Positions 50,259 to 64,000 are shown, counted from the stretch's first letter. The stretch is DNA of 64,000 nt from Euglena gracilis (GCA_039621445.1 CP154954.1:38425703-38489702); one strand, 5' to 3'. Numbers and translations are program-made. Notes: a model not told the origin generated them from the letters alone.

Positions 50259-53200
50259 AGCAAACAAAAAAAAAAAAAAACACAAGAAAAAAAAAAAACA
50301 AAAACAAAAGAGAAAAAAAAAAAAAAAAAAGACAGCCACACCCCAAAACCCCCAACAAAAACACAAAAACAACCAACAAAACAACAAACACTGACACAAA
50401 CCCCCCCAACCACAAACACAAAACGCACGAAGAAAAATGGCTTTCGGGGGGATATCCGCCTGAGGATTGTCAGAGCATCAGGGGCTTCAATGTGTATGTA
50501 ACCATGCGTAAGACCAGTTCTTTGTTTGGACTGCCCAGGGCTATTGAAACCTCTTGATGCCTCTTGCACCGTGGAACCTCCAATCACTGTGCATCCACTT
50601 ATTGTGGCTGCCGTAATGCTTTCACACCACCCCAAATATCCGCCAAGTTTGCACCTCCGTTTAATGGTTGGGGCGCTTGCTCTCTCGAACGGGGGTGAAT
50701 GGATTGGTGAATGAACTGGTTACAAGCATTGCCAAAGAGGGATTTGATTTGATATAATATGCATCCTCAACTGCCACAAAAACCGAGCTGTGCCAATTGT
50801 GCATGCGCACTGCAAAAAAAAACATACACACAAAAAATTATGAACAGGTGTTCACAGCATGGAACCACCAGAACCCCAAAGCCCCAAAAAACAACATCAA
50901 CACCACCCGGGCAACTGCCACACCTGCACCTTCTTCAGCCACGGGTTGCGCATCACCTCCGCCGCCGTGGGCCGCTTCGCCGGGTCCAGCGTGAGCAGCC
51001 GGGCGGCCAGCGTGACCCCCGCGGTGGCCATCTTGCCCTGCAGCTTCGCCTGCAGTGTGGTCCGCAGCGGCGGACGGCGGCAGTGCCCCCCCTTGGCTCT
51101 GGAGACCCAATCCTGCCCCCTCCCTCCGACCCGGTCCACCGCAGCCACCGCCACAGGGGGGAGGGGGGCGGTGGGCGGGCCCTGGGAAGTTGCGGCGCAG
51201 GAATTGTTGGGACTCGCTGGTCAGCCAGTCCAGCTCCGGGAACGGGGGCGGCGGCAGGGCGGCGGGCTAGGGGGAGGGGTCCGGGTTCTTTGGAGGACTG
51301 CGGGTGGCCCGGAACGTGCGTAACCCCTGGGCGGGGGAGGTTTGATTTTGGCGATTCGACCTGCTTTACGCCCGCCCGCAGCCCCTCACCCCGGCCCCAC
51401 TCCTGTCCATTCCTGACACCCGCATACAAATCTACACAAAAGAAGCGTCGGAGTTGGAAGGGTCCTTTGGGGCCGGCTCAGTGCAAGGGCAGACGCCCAG
51501 CGGTGGCCGAACCCCGGGCAGTCCGGCCACCCCTCAGGGGGGGGGGGCTTTCTCACTGAACTTGGGGCGTTCTCTCTGGGCGGGACCGCGAAACGATGGC
51601 GGGAGAGGGGGACCGCCGGCCCGGCCCTGGGGAGGGGGATGGTGCTCAGCACCCGCAGCAGGGTGTGCTTCGGCTTCTTGCCGGGGAAGAGCTGCTTGGC
51701 CGTCACCATCTGGAAATGGGAATGGGCAACAGGGCAGGGGAGGGGGAACCGGTCGGGACAAGGCGGCCGCTGTCCACTGCAACACAAGATACGGGTCCTA
51801 AAAAAATCTTCAAAAAACGCCTTGAAAGCTTGGCCAAAACGCTTAAAAATTTTGGGTGGAGGGACAATGTCCCAGCGATTGCAGAGATCAATCTCCCCCA
51901 GAGTTGGCTTGTTTTGCTGATAAATTTGCAATTTATTCTTTGCTCGAAACTTGAACGTTTTTCCAGAACGACTGTTTAAAGGTTTTGAAAAGTTTTAAAA
52001 GTTAACTCAAAACAATGTGTTGGTGTTTTTTGGTGGTTGGTTTTTTTGATTTTCAACAGACCGACGTTGGTTCAAGACTCTTTGATTGCCTTTGGAAAAT
52101 AGACACTTAAATTATTTTTTGAAAAAATGCCTGAAACCCCCTCAAAACAACTTTATAAAAACGTCCTAAACACCTGATTTATTGATTGATTTTTTTGCCT
52201 TAAAAAATAATGCCTTTATGGGAGAGCGTCGGCGCCTTTTGCCGGGAGGAGGCGGCGGCGGGGGGGGGGGGAGGGGGAGGCCCCGGCCCGGTGGCGGTGG
52301 GCCACACCTCGTACAGGATCCCACCGAGGGACCACATGTCCACCGCGCTGTTGTACGGCGCCTTGGTCTGCAGCAGCAGCTCCGGGGGCCGGTACGCCGC
52401 GCTGACCACGTCCCGGGTCATGTCCCGCCGCTGCATCTGTGGCAACCCGTGGGAGGGGGGGGGAGGGCAGTGGCCACAGGGTCAACGGAGCGGGAAATCG
52501 GGGGGAAATACCTGGGCCAAAATCAGTTGTGCACAGGACTTAGGCTTAATACGGGTTCCACTCGGAGGTGAAAAGGGTTCCCCCCTTTGGCCACCGGGGA
52601 CATAAATCCCGACAACAGCACCAAAACACCAAGCGTCTGGACCTGCAGTAGACCATACCATTGCTGACCGGCCCCCTGGGGGGGGGGTCACTTTCCACTG
52701 TCAAAAAAAACCAGTCGCTCACTTTTCAAAAACCAGCCACACACTTCCTCCCCCCTTGGGGGTCGGCAACTTGGCCAAAAATGGCCAAAAAGGATTTTGG
52801 GTCAAAACCCCCCAAAAATTTCTGTGCCTTCCACGCCGGTTGGCCACTTTCGGCCAAACCTGGCCGAGCCCACCCCGAGGGGGGGTCTGGAGCCAAACTA
52901 GTCAGTCACCTGGAGGGTAAGGTCGGATACACATTAAACAATGGTATGGTCTGGACGTGCGTTCCGTGGTTTATAAGGCCATTTGGAAGAATATTGTCTT
53001 AGGTTTATGACGTAATGTGGTACTCAATGTGGTTGATAGATGAAACAGAAACCTTGCATGACTTCGTGGTCTGAGTGTGGGACTCGCTTGGGGAACACAT
53101 GCAAACCTGTCTTCCAAAATGCTCGTTTTTTTGTCCAATGACCACTGGATAGTAGTTTAAACGGTCAAAACCATCTCCAACGGGCGGGGTCATTGGACAA

Positions 53201-54256
53201 GCGGCAGCACTCGGCGACATTTCAGGTGGAAAATGTGAAGACAAAATGCATATGACAAGTTGGGAATGATGAGGAGCAAGGGTGCCTTTGAAGAACACAA
53301 TGACACAATTTTGCACACATCTCAGCTTTGAAATTACTTCATGTAAAGCACAAATGAGTCTGTGACTGACAGTGAAAAACTTGTGAACAAAGGAGCGGGG
53401 ACAAATGGTATGGGGCATCCCTGGTCATCGGGTGAACACCATTGTTGGCAAGTAGTACGTTGTCAGGAGGATGGGCACATTTCAAAATCATCAACAACGA
53501 GCATAGAGGGTCAGAGACAGGGTATTAAACGAGGGGAGGTGATCCCGGATCCCCCTCCCCCTGGGGTGGGGGTTGACTCCTCAATCCTTGGAGGAAAATA
53601 CGGTGCGAAATGCCATAAATTTCTGCGGGGGGTTTCAATGAACAAATGCCCAAAAACTGTGCTTTCAGGTGATTTTCAGGTGATTTCTGATGAATCGACA
53701 AAAACACAACAAAAAAACCTTTGACTCAAAAGCCCCAGGAAAGAAACCTTTTGGTTTCCAGGGGGTCCTTGGACCCCCTCTGGGGGGGTCTTGGGGGGGG
53801 GAGGTCCCCTCCCCCTTTGGAGGGGGGTCCCACAATCCCCAATACCCTGGTCAAAGATCAGTTGCCACACTCATCGGTCAAATTTATCGCAACGTGCCAC
53901 TCTCGTGCCAACATTTGCCATAAACCACCCCTCCGCCCCAAAATAAGACCCCGGTCAACTTTTTGAGTCCATTGCTGAAAATCGTATGTTTGGGGGTCTA
54001 CTTTTGGATCTTTGCTGAAGAATTTGACCCAAAAAAAGCATTCCCGCGGGAGGGTTCAAAATAGGTCAAAAAGGGGTATTTATTGGCAATGAACAAAAAT
54101 TTTATAAATGCTTATATTATCGCATGCAAAATGCAAAAAAAAAAAAAAAAAAACAAAACAAAAAAAAAAAAAAAAAAACACAGCACACAAAAACAAACAA
54201 AAAAAAAACAAGAAATGAAAAAAAAGGAAAAAAAAAAAAAAAAGGGGGGAAAAAAA

Positions 54257-54298
<42 letters not shown>

Positions 54299-57200
54299 AA
54301 AAAAATAATATATAGCAGTGGCAAAAAACCAATGGGCAAAAGGTAAAAAATGAAAATGCCCTTTGGGGGCATTCTCACAGTTTTAGGGGGGGGTCTATCT
54401 TTTGGATTTCCCCTGAAAATCCCGAGGGGGGACTTATTTTGGGGGTCTGATTTTTTTCGGATATTTGCTGAAAATAAGCAGGGGGATCTTTTGGGGGGGG
54501 GTCATACTATTTGGTGTGTGTGTGGGGGGTATTTACCACTGCTCAACTGCAACTGACGTACAACAAAAACATTCCTATCTTGGGAAACTTTGTTCATCTT
54601 TTTTGCACAATTCAAATTTGGGTGGTGTTGCGGGGATTTGTTGGGATTTGTCCGGATTTGTTGCTGGAGGCGCTTGGATATGGGGGTATGAACTGCATAT
54701 GTTGCTCTTTCTGTTTCCCTCTGTTTCCTTTTTGAAATTAATTGCAACTTTGGACCCACCTGGCCGGTACCACCCTTTTTTAAAAAAAAAAGTCTTCTAC
54801 AGATATCCACACAAGAAAACAAACACATAGGATAATTGTTAGAGGGGTTCCACTTCTGACTCACAAAGTGACTGCAGCGCACCTGACGAGACAAATTGAA
54901 ATCGCAGATCTTCGCGACGATTTGGTTGTTTTTGACGTTCAGAAGAATGTTGTCCGGCTTGCCGCTTGGAGCTCCCGTTTGCCACCTCATCATGCCAAAC
55001 CACCTCAGCATGCCCATCCAACTGGGTGCAAATACTGCTGGTCTCCATCCCCGTGTAAACAGGAGCAAATGATATGCACCAAATGATGTGAAACCAAATG
55101 ACAGGACACCAAATGATACGACACCAAATGATGTGGCACCCAATGGCACCCAATACACTATCCCTCCTGGTTCCCTGCAAATATGGGAGGGAGGCCAGGG
55201 GGCCCCATGGCAACACCATCGCCCCTGTCCCAGGCAAGGCACCTGGGTAACAACACCTCCGTGTCAAGATAATAAGGTTGGAACGTAGCCATGTCTTCGA
55301 CAAGGGGCCAACCCCCCGCCTGGCCACCGGTTTGGGGCATCCAACGCGAGGTCCCGATGGATCACTTCCGCGGAGTGGATGTAGTTCAGGCCGCATGCGA
55401 CCTGGTAGAAGATGCTTTGGTACGAGTCCTCGTCCAGGGGGCCCACGCTGGAGGGGAGGGGGTGAGGGTGGGACCGGATCCGTGCCCGGAAGAACATGCA
55501 GACAAAAAAAGACACCTGGTGGAATGCTGAATCGAGATACCAACGTTTCCCATTGCAATTCGCCGGGAGAAAAACAATCCGACCACTTGATGCCTCTGAC
55601 TCGAGCATTTGATGCATAAAAATTTTGAAAATTTTGAGAAAAATTATTTGTGGACACCAACTTCAACTGCCAAAAAAAAAGAAGAAAGAAATGCCCCATC
55701 ATACAGACAGCTGTCATACAGACAGCCACGGCACACTCCGGGGGCATACACAAGCAGGAGCTCCTTCAAGTCCATGTCGAGGAACTCCGTCAGGATGTAC
55801 ACGTCCAGGAACTGCGGCGACCGGGGCGGCAGCAGTCCCCGCGTGCGGACGAGGTTGGGCAGGGAGGCGGCGGTCCGACCCTGCTCTCACTGCACCCCTG
55901 GCAGTGGGACCCAGGTCCTGTTTTTCTTCAGGCACCTTTGAAAACCACGCCTTGAAATGCCTTTAATTTTTTAAAGAAATCCGTTTGGCAGAAGTCTTCG
56001 GACCGAGCAAAAATGAAATCTCAAAAAAAAACGAGCCAACTCGGGGAAGAACAGTGATTTCCACATCAACGGTGATGTGGCATCGTTGGAACACTATCCA
56101 TCCACCCAAAACTCGGAAAAATGGGTTTTCAACATACTTTTCGATGTTCGGTGCCCGGAAAAAATATATATTTAACTTCGAAACCCCTTTCAAAACCTTT
56201 TTTTATTATTAAAAAAACAGCTTTTTGAAAGATTTTATTCCCGAAATTTTCGGAAAATTTTCTGGCTTATGAATAGACTGGTGAAAACCCCCCGCAACGC
56301 CTACAACCTGCCCTCCCCCCCCCAACGCCTACACCTGCGCTTTCCACCCCTCCTCTGGCTTTTCCATTGCCTTGTGGTGGGGTTTTGGAGGGCCCCACTC
56401 CAGTGGGGGGGTCTGTAGGTGGACTTTTTGAAAGTGGGCAGAAGCTAGGCCTTCCTGGCTCCTAGTGCCTTGGACATGGGAATGCCTGCTGGGCACTGTT
56501 GACCAGGGAACCACCCCCATGGTACCCGGTGCTGTGGACCGATGCCTTGGGGGGGGGATAAAAGAGAACTTGTTAGCCCGCTACCCCCTGCAAAGGCATT
56601 TGGGTTCACAAAGCTTTGGGGGGGGGGGCAGTGCAAAGTTGCTTGGGGTTAGTTTGCCGGCCCTGGCAGCACTGACCGGGCGGTCCACGCCTGTCACAGT
56701 GGGGCCCGGGATGAACGGCTGGCAGCGGCAGCGGCGCTGTCCGGACGAGGTGACAGTGGACCGCGGCCTCGCCGGGGTGGTCGAAGAACTGCAGCAGCTT
56801 GATCTCCCGCAGCACGCGCTTCCCGTCCTCCGGGTGTTGGAAGAGCTGGTCGCACTTCTTGATGGCGATGGTCTCCCCCGAGCTGTGGTCGTACGCGGAG
56901 AGCACCGCGGCGTACGACCCTGTATGGCGGACAACGCGCAGGGAGCGCAAGGCGGCATGGCATGGTGCGTTAAGAAGTGATGCGCATGTCGTGTGTGTGG
57001 GGTGTTCGTGTGCAAACATCTGGAATTCCACACACCAGCAGGCAGGGCGTTGCTTAACTACCGCTCCCCCCGGGGGGGTCCAGCTCAATGGCTGGAAAAT
57101 TTGGGTGGGTGGGTGGGTGGTTGCCCCCGGGGGGGGGGGGTTGCGCGTGAGTGGGTTTTTGGAAAAAGTGGGTGGGTGTCCCGGGGGGTAACTACGTTAA

Positions 57201-59277
57201 TCTATGCTCCAGACCCCCCCCATCAATGAGTTTTGTTTATTCCAGATACCCAAAGGGTTTTCGCTTTGGGAAATGCCGGAAAATTTTTCCGGCCCGGCCT
57301 TTGGCTGGGCAAAAACCTGACCTGGTGCACCCCCCAGGGGGGTCCCAGGGCCCCAAACCACCCGCCCCCAGGGGGAGGGGCCAGGGGGAGCAACGCAAGA
57401 GCACTGGTATAAGGGGTCCCTGGCCAACTCACTACACAAACTGGGCCAGAAGCGAAGTTAGCGCCGGCCATAAATAGACAACAAGCCTCGGTGCAACTAA
57501 GGGGGAAGGGACCACCCAGGTGTTCAACGAATCTATGGTCCGGGGCTGGAAAGGGGCTGCTGCCCCCCCCCCCCGGGGTTGTGGGTCATATTTTCTGAGC
57601 AGCGCCCTCCAAGCAGGCCACCCAACATTTGAAAACCTCGGGGGGGGGCTGAGCAAGCAGGACTGGGAGGAAACACCACAGACACACGCTCGACGCAACG
57701 CTGCGGTGGGGGCAACCCCGGCCCCCTGGCCGCCACGCCGCAGGGCCCGAGGGCGCGACAGGGGGTCACACCCGTGCCCAGTTCCTCCTTCACTCGGTAT
57801 CGCTTCGGAAGGATGAACTTCATCCCGTTGGTGGCTTCGTACGTGTACCTGCACAGCGCGGCGCGGCGCGGCTGTCTTCTCGCGACTCGTTTTCAAATTC
57901 TGGAGAACGATAAAACCCCCTCCCAAAAACTGACGGTGTTGCATCAAACCCTGACAAAATATGCAACGTCAAATTACGAAATGAAGCAGACCCCCCTCAT
58001 CTGCCGACCATATGTTTCAAAAAAAAATATTGATTTGTTGAAAAAATTCGAGCTGTCAAAAAAAATGTTTAAAACTGACAAGGAAGGGAAGCTGGGCCCC
58101 ATTTACATACTGCAGTGTTGATTCAGCCAAAATTCTGACCCCAACAAATACGTCCCTTCCCCTCCACCAGCAACCAGAAAAAAATCTGAAAATCGAAGGG
58201 CCAAAAGTGCCGGTTGATCCCCCTTCTGGTGCCTCTGCCAGCACCGTTCACATAACGACCGGCAATGCCATCAAACGCACATCAAAATCACACTACGAGG
58301 TGGGGGCGGCGCCCAAGGTCGCCATCCGGAGCCGCACGGAGGCAAGGCTCCACACAACCCGCACAACGCGCGGAGAGGATGCACGGCCGCGCTTCGGACC
58401 GCGCCAGACAGGGGGCGGCCGGCCACACACCACTCGTCGTCCAGCGGGTGGTACGTGCCGGGGGCCTCCATGTCGATGTCGGCGCGGCTGATGAAGCCCT
58501 GGAGGAGGGGGCCCGCCGGCTCCGCGGCGCCGCGGCTGCTGCTGGACCGGGCGCTGAGCTCCAGCCCCTCGGGGGCTGGGGGGGCCTCGAGGCCGTGGTC
58601 GGCCAGGCCCCTGAGGGGTGGGGGGGCGAGCCATTGAAAATTTTTGAATCCTTCAGGAAAAACTGGTGACAGAATGGTACTTTGAATGTTCTTTTGCTTC
58701 TCCTCAAAAAACTGACTGAATTTTTTTTTACCCATGGTGACCTATGACTTCTGGGTTTGGGCCTCTTTTAGGGATCCTTTTTTTCTGTTGCAAAGCGCCA
58801 AAACATTTGACCCCGGAATGGACCCCTTCAGTGGGGTCCCCTCAAAGTCCCCTCCTTGGGTTTTTTTTTTTTAAAAAAACCTCTCTTCTGAGGTGGTTGA
58901 TGGTTGGTGGGTCGATTGTGGTTGGCCGGCCCCGATCGGCCGCCATCCGACTCTGCCGGAACGTGGCTTGACCGAAAAATTTCGGACAGCCCAACTCGAC
59001 TGAACTTGGCCTAGCTTTTTTTTCAGTGGATCCTTGGGGGGTCGGCAGCCCACCTAGGAGCTGTTCACTGGAAAAGGCACCGAGGCACTGGCCAACTGGA
59101 CTCGGCTGGTTAAAGGTAAAAGGGAGGGGTCCCGACCCTAGGGGTTGTTGTTGCCGACCCCGGGGGCAGAACAGCGCGGGAGAGGGCCAGGCATGCAGCA
59201 GAAAGGGCACACTCTTCCACATCGATGTCCACGATGCTGAGCTCGCCCATCTCGCCCGGCTCCTCCATCTCACCCAT
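41320..59277 (-). CDS. Spliced MAPK-like (CMGC) kinase with a long Pro/Ser/Ala-rich C-terminus
   Basis: Exons 59277-59213, 58610-58431, 57848-57772 (PKRYRVKEELGT), 56919-~56774 (GSYAAV..IAIKK..RVLREIKLL), ~55857-55755, ~55448-55348 (IHSAEVIHRDL), 54960-~54883 (KPDNILL..DFNLSR), ~52436-52308 (MTRDVVSAAYRPPE..DMWSLG), ~51710-51630 and ~51085-50925 (LLTLDPAKRPTA). GC-rich tail exons run down to 41390-41320 and are less certain. Confidence 0.88.
43856..44378. mobile_element. MITE with internal telomere-like gggtta/taaccc motifs, inserted in a TA-rich tract
   Basis: Imperfect TIRs tggcaagactaacccact / ggtgagttaatcttgcca. Confidence 0.65.
49808..49904. repeat. (GTT)n microsatellite
   Basis: Read directly from the sequence. 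Confidence 0.97.
52650..52952. mobile_element. MITE of a locally abundant family (aaaaccagtca motifs)
   Basis: TIRs agaccataccattg / caatggtatggtct. Related interiors occur at ~22830-23140, ~36700-36960 and ~37640-37730. Confidence 0.65.
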
Positions 59278-61290
59278 GTGAGCGGAGTGGCAAAACCATG
59301 CTAAGGGCTGCAGGAATCAACAATGGGACAGAAATGGTCCTTGGGCTGCTGGGCTTAGATTCCATACAGCCTTGATCAGGGAGGAAAATGCGCCAACCGG
59401 GCTCGAATGAGCACAAACGAGCAAAAAAAAGCACAAAAAAATGCGCAGTTTGGAAAGTGTGCAGAAATGCGCAAAAAATCTGAGTGAAAAAAAGCAAAAA
59501 TTGCCAAAATGAAAAAAATATTCAAAAATTGTTCCAAATCCAAAAATACAAAAATGGGTGACCTCACCCTAACCCTAACCCCCCCCCCCAAATAGTATTG
59601 CACCCGCAGCTCTATTGGACGGCCGCCTCCGCCGGGGGGGGGTGCAGCACTATTTGGACCCGCAGCACTATTGGACTGGGTGCCTCTTAGTCCCGGCCTA
59701 TCACCACCACAGGCACCCTTTTTGTCTGCTCAATGTCCTTCTCTGAGGCAGTGAGGTCGTGTGGTTCATCTTCGGACGACTTCTGTGAGTTGCTCGGGTG
59801 GGAATTTGCCCCCTTTCCCATCTCTGTGGATTAAAAAAGGTGCCTGCAGTAGGCTGCACCAGCTTCTACGCACTTCACATTGCTGTGATTTGGGGGGGTG
59901 CAGCACTATTGGACGCTCGCTTCATCCGGCAGGGGGTGCAGCACTATTTGGACCCGCAGCTCTATTGGCCCCGCAGCACTATTAGGGGGGGGGTTACGCC
60001 CTTCACTAACCCCAGGGTACCCGGGTGGCCATCGTGGGGTGAACTTTAGTACCACCTGGGGGGTACTAAAATTCCCACCTGCCATAAAAGAATATTTACA
60101 CATAAATGGAATATACCCAAATATCAAGCAAAAAAGCAAGCAAAAAAGTGCACCATGCTTTTAAGTGGGGGGGGGGGCATTTTTTGTCCTTTTTGCACAC
60201 GGAAGATTCGCCTTTTTAAAACCCGCCAAGGAGAGGGTGGGGGGTCCAGAGCCCCCTTCAACTTCTGGGGGGTTAGCCTGGACCCCCCCCCCCCCGACCA
60301 CCTTGACCCCCAGGGGGGGGGTCAGGACATACACTCACCTTGTGTGGTTGGTGTGGTTCCTGTGGGTGGGTCTACATCCTTGCGCCCCGGTGCTGCTCTT
60401 GCCTCCTGCCCTCTTCCCACCTTTCTGTGTGGGGGATGAATGGCGCGGGAACAACACCATGACTTGAAAATTCCAGTGTGGCCTCACGGTCCCGCGGTTT
60501 CGGTAAACCCGGGTTACCAAGTCTCGGCCTTAGGGCCGGTGGCAGGTGGGTAGTGTGCTGCTGGGTACCAGTAGTTCCTTACGTTCTGGTACCCGCGCTC
60601 CATGCCCTGTCTGGGGTTGGTTTGGGCGGTCCACTGCCTCGCGGGTGGGTCCTCTCTGCTGGCTCCCCTTTGGGGTTGGGTTGCTGGGGGTGTGCTCCTC
60701 CTAGGCCGGCGAGCCCGAAGACCCCCTGCCATATCCCCCGGGCGGTCGCACGAAGCGCCATGCCCCCCGACAGAGGCATCGGAGTCGCATTTTCAGCTGT
60801 TGGTCTCCACAGCGGTTCCCTCTTTCTTCCCCTCGCTCCCCCCATTTTCCCTTCTGGCCACAGGAGTGGCCATAGGGGGGCATTCGCCCCCCTACGAAAG
60901 GGGCACCTGACGCATGACGTGGGATATCACAAGGGTCAGCACCCACCCTGCCTCCCCCCCCCAAGCCGCAGATGCAACCTAACCACAAATTTTGTGTTTG
61001 CAACCTAACCACAAAATATGGAGAAACACTGTTGTTTTGGTTGGCTAAGCACCTCCAAGAATGCACACTACCCAGAGGTTCTTTCTGATTGTGCCGGGGG
61101 CAACTGGCAATCGGGAAAATGCATGAAAACTCAGACACATACAATCCACACAAATCAAATCTTGCACATTCAGCAGTCTTCTGAAATAGCCGACACTTGC
61201 TAATATTCAAGGGTGTAAACATGCTTCTCAACAATCTGTTCATTGAGAACCCATCCATCTATCTATTCTATCTATCTATCTGTTATCTAC

Positions 61291-61358
<68 letters not shown>

Positions 61359-62140
61359 TCCTGTCTATCTGTCTGTCTATCTAGCTAGCTAGTCATCTAT
61401 CCGGAAAATAAACGGAACATAAACTCATTGGAGAAAACTCAATTCAATTTTTTTTTTGCTCACCAAAACCTCAAATGCTCAATTGGTCCGAGGGAAAATG
61501 TGCATTGCCTCACAGGGCACATATCTCAGGCAAAAATACCTCTTTCCCAGACCTCACCCCTGGAGCAGATCTCTTCAGCCATCGATGCGGACCAGAAGAG
61601 GCAACATGATGAAAAGGAGGAATCAAAAAGAACCCGCATGCTGTACTGTGCTGTGCTGTCGTGCATCGAACCGTCGCACACCACAGCAGGCAACATTGCA
61701 TCAAAGGGACTACAAACATGCACCTACCAGGGAATTGCTTCAGGACCCAGGAGGGTCCAGCCAGCCGGCTGGACAAAGGTACTGGCTGGCTGGATCAGTG
61801 GTCCGGGGGGCGAGTACTATGGCTGCCGTGTGGCACCCAGCTGGTCCCCGAAAACGGGGCGAAAACTGCCCAAATCCAGCTGGGGTTTTCTTCAGCAAAA
61901 TTTTCAGATGACGATGGCCATTTGACCCTTTTTGAAAAAAAAATTCAATGCTTTGCATCGAAAGTTCTTCGGTCCGGGCTACAAACTTTATTTACCTGAA
62001 TAAAGGGGGCTCCACAGCTCAGCTCAGTTGGGAGATGGCTGGAAAAAAAGTGCTGGCTTGCTGGCTGGACCATTCCCCCTGCCCCCTCTGGGGGTAGGGT
62101 GGGGTCCGGCTTCAGAAATTCCCTGGCATACACCCATGGG

Positions 62141-63554
62141 TCAGCACACGGTGCAGTCGCCCTTCCGCCCGGGCTTCCCGTCAGAAGTCCGCCCGCCCTT
62201 GGCCAGCGCCGCCTGCACCTCCTCCGCCACCGCCGGGGGAAGGTCCAGACCGCGGGCCAGCATGAGGGGGTCCCCCGGCTGCAGCTCCGGCGCCAGCGAG
62301 GCCAGCGTCGCACTGCGGCGGACCGGTCGAGGCCATCCGGGTTCCGCTGGCGGTTACGGGGGGAGGGGGGCTGGACTGGCCCGGGGGGGGGGGGTGGTTG
62401 GAGGTGAGAGGCAGAAGGAAGGTAGCCCAACCCTATGGGGGCTATGGGGGGGGGGGGCGACACACTTGCCCGGCAGCGGCACACAGAACTTCAGGTTGAA
62501 CAGCCGGTACTGCTCCTCCTCTGGCACGCGGTTGTTCTCGTTCTTGAGTTTGGCTGCACAGAGCGGCGGCAACAATTATGTCCAAATGATTGCAAAAATG
62601 CGCAAAGGAAGAAGCCTCATTCTATTTTCTCTGGGTAGCTTCCTCTTGAAATGAAACAACCCCCCCCAAATGACCTGGCAGGGCGCCCAACTCCTGGAAC
62701 CATCATTTTGGCTTGCCCCTCGCCAAGTTATTTGCCAGGGGCAAGGACCCAACTAGTTTATTTGGGGGTTACAGGAGCGAAAACAGGTGTAACCGCACAT
62801 TTGTGATCCTCCAACCCAAAGGTGTTGAGGGAATACAAAACATTTCCAGGTGGATGTGGGGGTCCAGAACCCCGTTGGTGTCCTGTGCATGACACTCTTT
62901 CCTTGAATGCATTATACAACTCCCATTGAATGTGGTTTCAGTCGTTTGCCTTTTCATGCTGCCATGACCTCTGGAAACTCATTCCTCACTCCTGGAGGCA
63001 CACATACGTTGGCGAGAGATACACAGGTTGGGGCAAATGTGAAAAAATTGACAGATGGCAAACCAATGTGGCCACCATTGGCACCCAGGTGACCAATTGA
63101 CAACTTCGGTGACTCACCCACTGCCCTCTATCCCTCCAGGTTGTTACGTGAAAGATCAGCAGGTTCAGGATTGGCAATACCTTTCTGGGAGGCATGACTG
63201 CAAAAGATTCGTCACGGTGAAAAATGGCCATCGAAATCCGCGAAAACTGAGAATGCCCTCTCCCCCGAGCCCAGCGGCCCAAATCCCCACGTCGAGCAGG
63301 CCGAGGCACACCTTGGGCGCAGACCTGGTCCACCACTTTGCCCACCACCCACCGCCGGCTGAAGTACATGTGGCACGGGGCCAGGGCCGGGAGGGCCGGG
63401 CGAGGGAAGGCGGGACGGAGAGGGAGGGCGGGCAATCCCTAACGGCTCAAACACGCCCCCCCCCCCCCCTGTGGCCGGGCGGGGCGGGCCGCCGGGCCCT
63501 GGGAGGGGGCGCGGCGATCTCGGGGGCGAAGTAGACCGGGAACACGACGCGGTC
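62141..63554 (-). CDS. 3' exons of a ZFAND1/Cuz1-like (AN1 zinc-finger family) protein, ending in a CaaX-like CTVC
   Basis: Spliced peptides DRVVFPVYFAPE, CHMYFSRRWVVGKVVDQVCAQ, AKLKNENNRVPEEEQYRLFNL and LQPGDPLML..KGDCTVC* resemble the ZFAND1 C-terminal ubiquitin-like domain (W-S/V-GK-xD..LKNxNN). The AN1 fingers are not seen in the window. Confidence 0.75.
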
Positions 63555-64000
63555 CTGAGAGGACGATGGCGGAGGCACAGGGGGTGAGCCAGAATGGACC
63601 TCGGCATAAAAAGGCAAACAAAGCTCGAAAAACAACAACAAAGCAAACAAAGCAAATGGGGGGGGGGAGGGGGCAGCTCACAGTTTATGCCTTTTGGAGG
63701 TCCAGGCATGACACCCGGGTACAAACTGGTTCTATGGCATGCACCAATTACTTGTACAACGTCACACAAATATCATTTAGAGGGTCCCACATCACTCCAG
63801 TTTGAAACTCCGCAAATGCAAATTTATTTTTTGTAGCATTTAAATATTTAAATACAACAAAGAGACCAGATTTCTGGCCTGAATTTGGGCATGGCTGTTG
63901 AGCCTGTGAAAACCATTTTTTTGACCCCTGAAACATCAAAGTAAATGGCACTTCGAGGTTTTCTCCTTAAAATTGAGTTTAAAGGTGCCTTTACCCTCCA

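Overview
Eukaryotic nuclear DNA, almost certainly from a euglenid. It contains a Euglena-type spliced-leader sequence, and its genes mix GT-AG introns with non-conventional introns whose two ends base-pair. Bases 1-14.2 kb are a retroelement cluster. It holds a frameshifted CRE-clade non-LTR retrotransposon (RT + CCHC + RLE) with three 2A-like motifs, a spliced leader and an in-frame GT-AG intron at its 5' end, and a tandemly amplified 3' end. It also holds a second 2A-bearing ORF and two small LTR elements (4-bp TSD, TG..CA, PPT) whose primer-binding sites pair with their own LTR (Tf1-like self-priming) and which share a short conserved ORF. Bases 14.2-33.7 kb carry a spliced FHA-SHOCT-alpha-kinase gene. 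Its introns hold a nested stack of four different asymmetric elements: a 100-120-bp palindrome plus a subterminal inverted repeat at one end, and the partner repeat at the other end. Two of these families encode homologous ORFs, one ending in a PHD-like finger. An atypical MAPK-like gene (41.3-59.3 kb, minus) and the 3' part of a ZFAND1-like gene (62.1-63.6 kb, minus) follow, interspersed with MITEs and microsatellites. Several stretches look like low-quality long-read sequence, so frameshifts may be artefacts. All calls are by eye; no searches were run.
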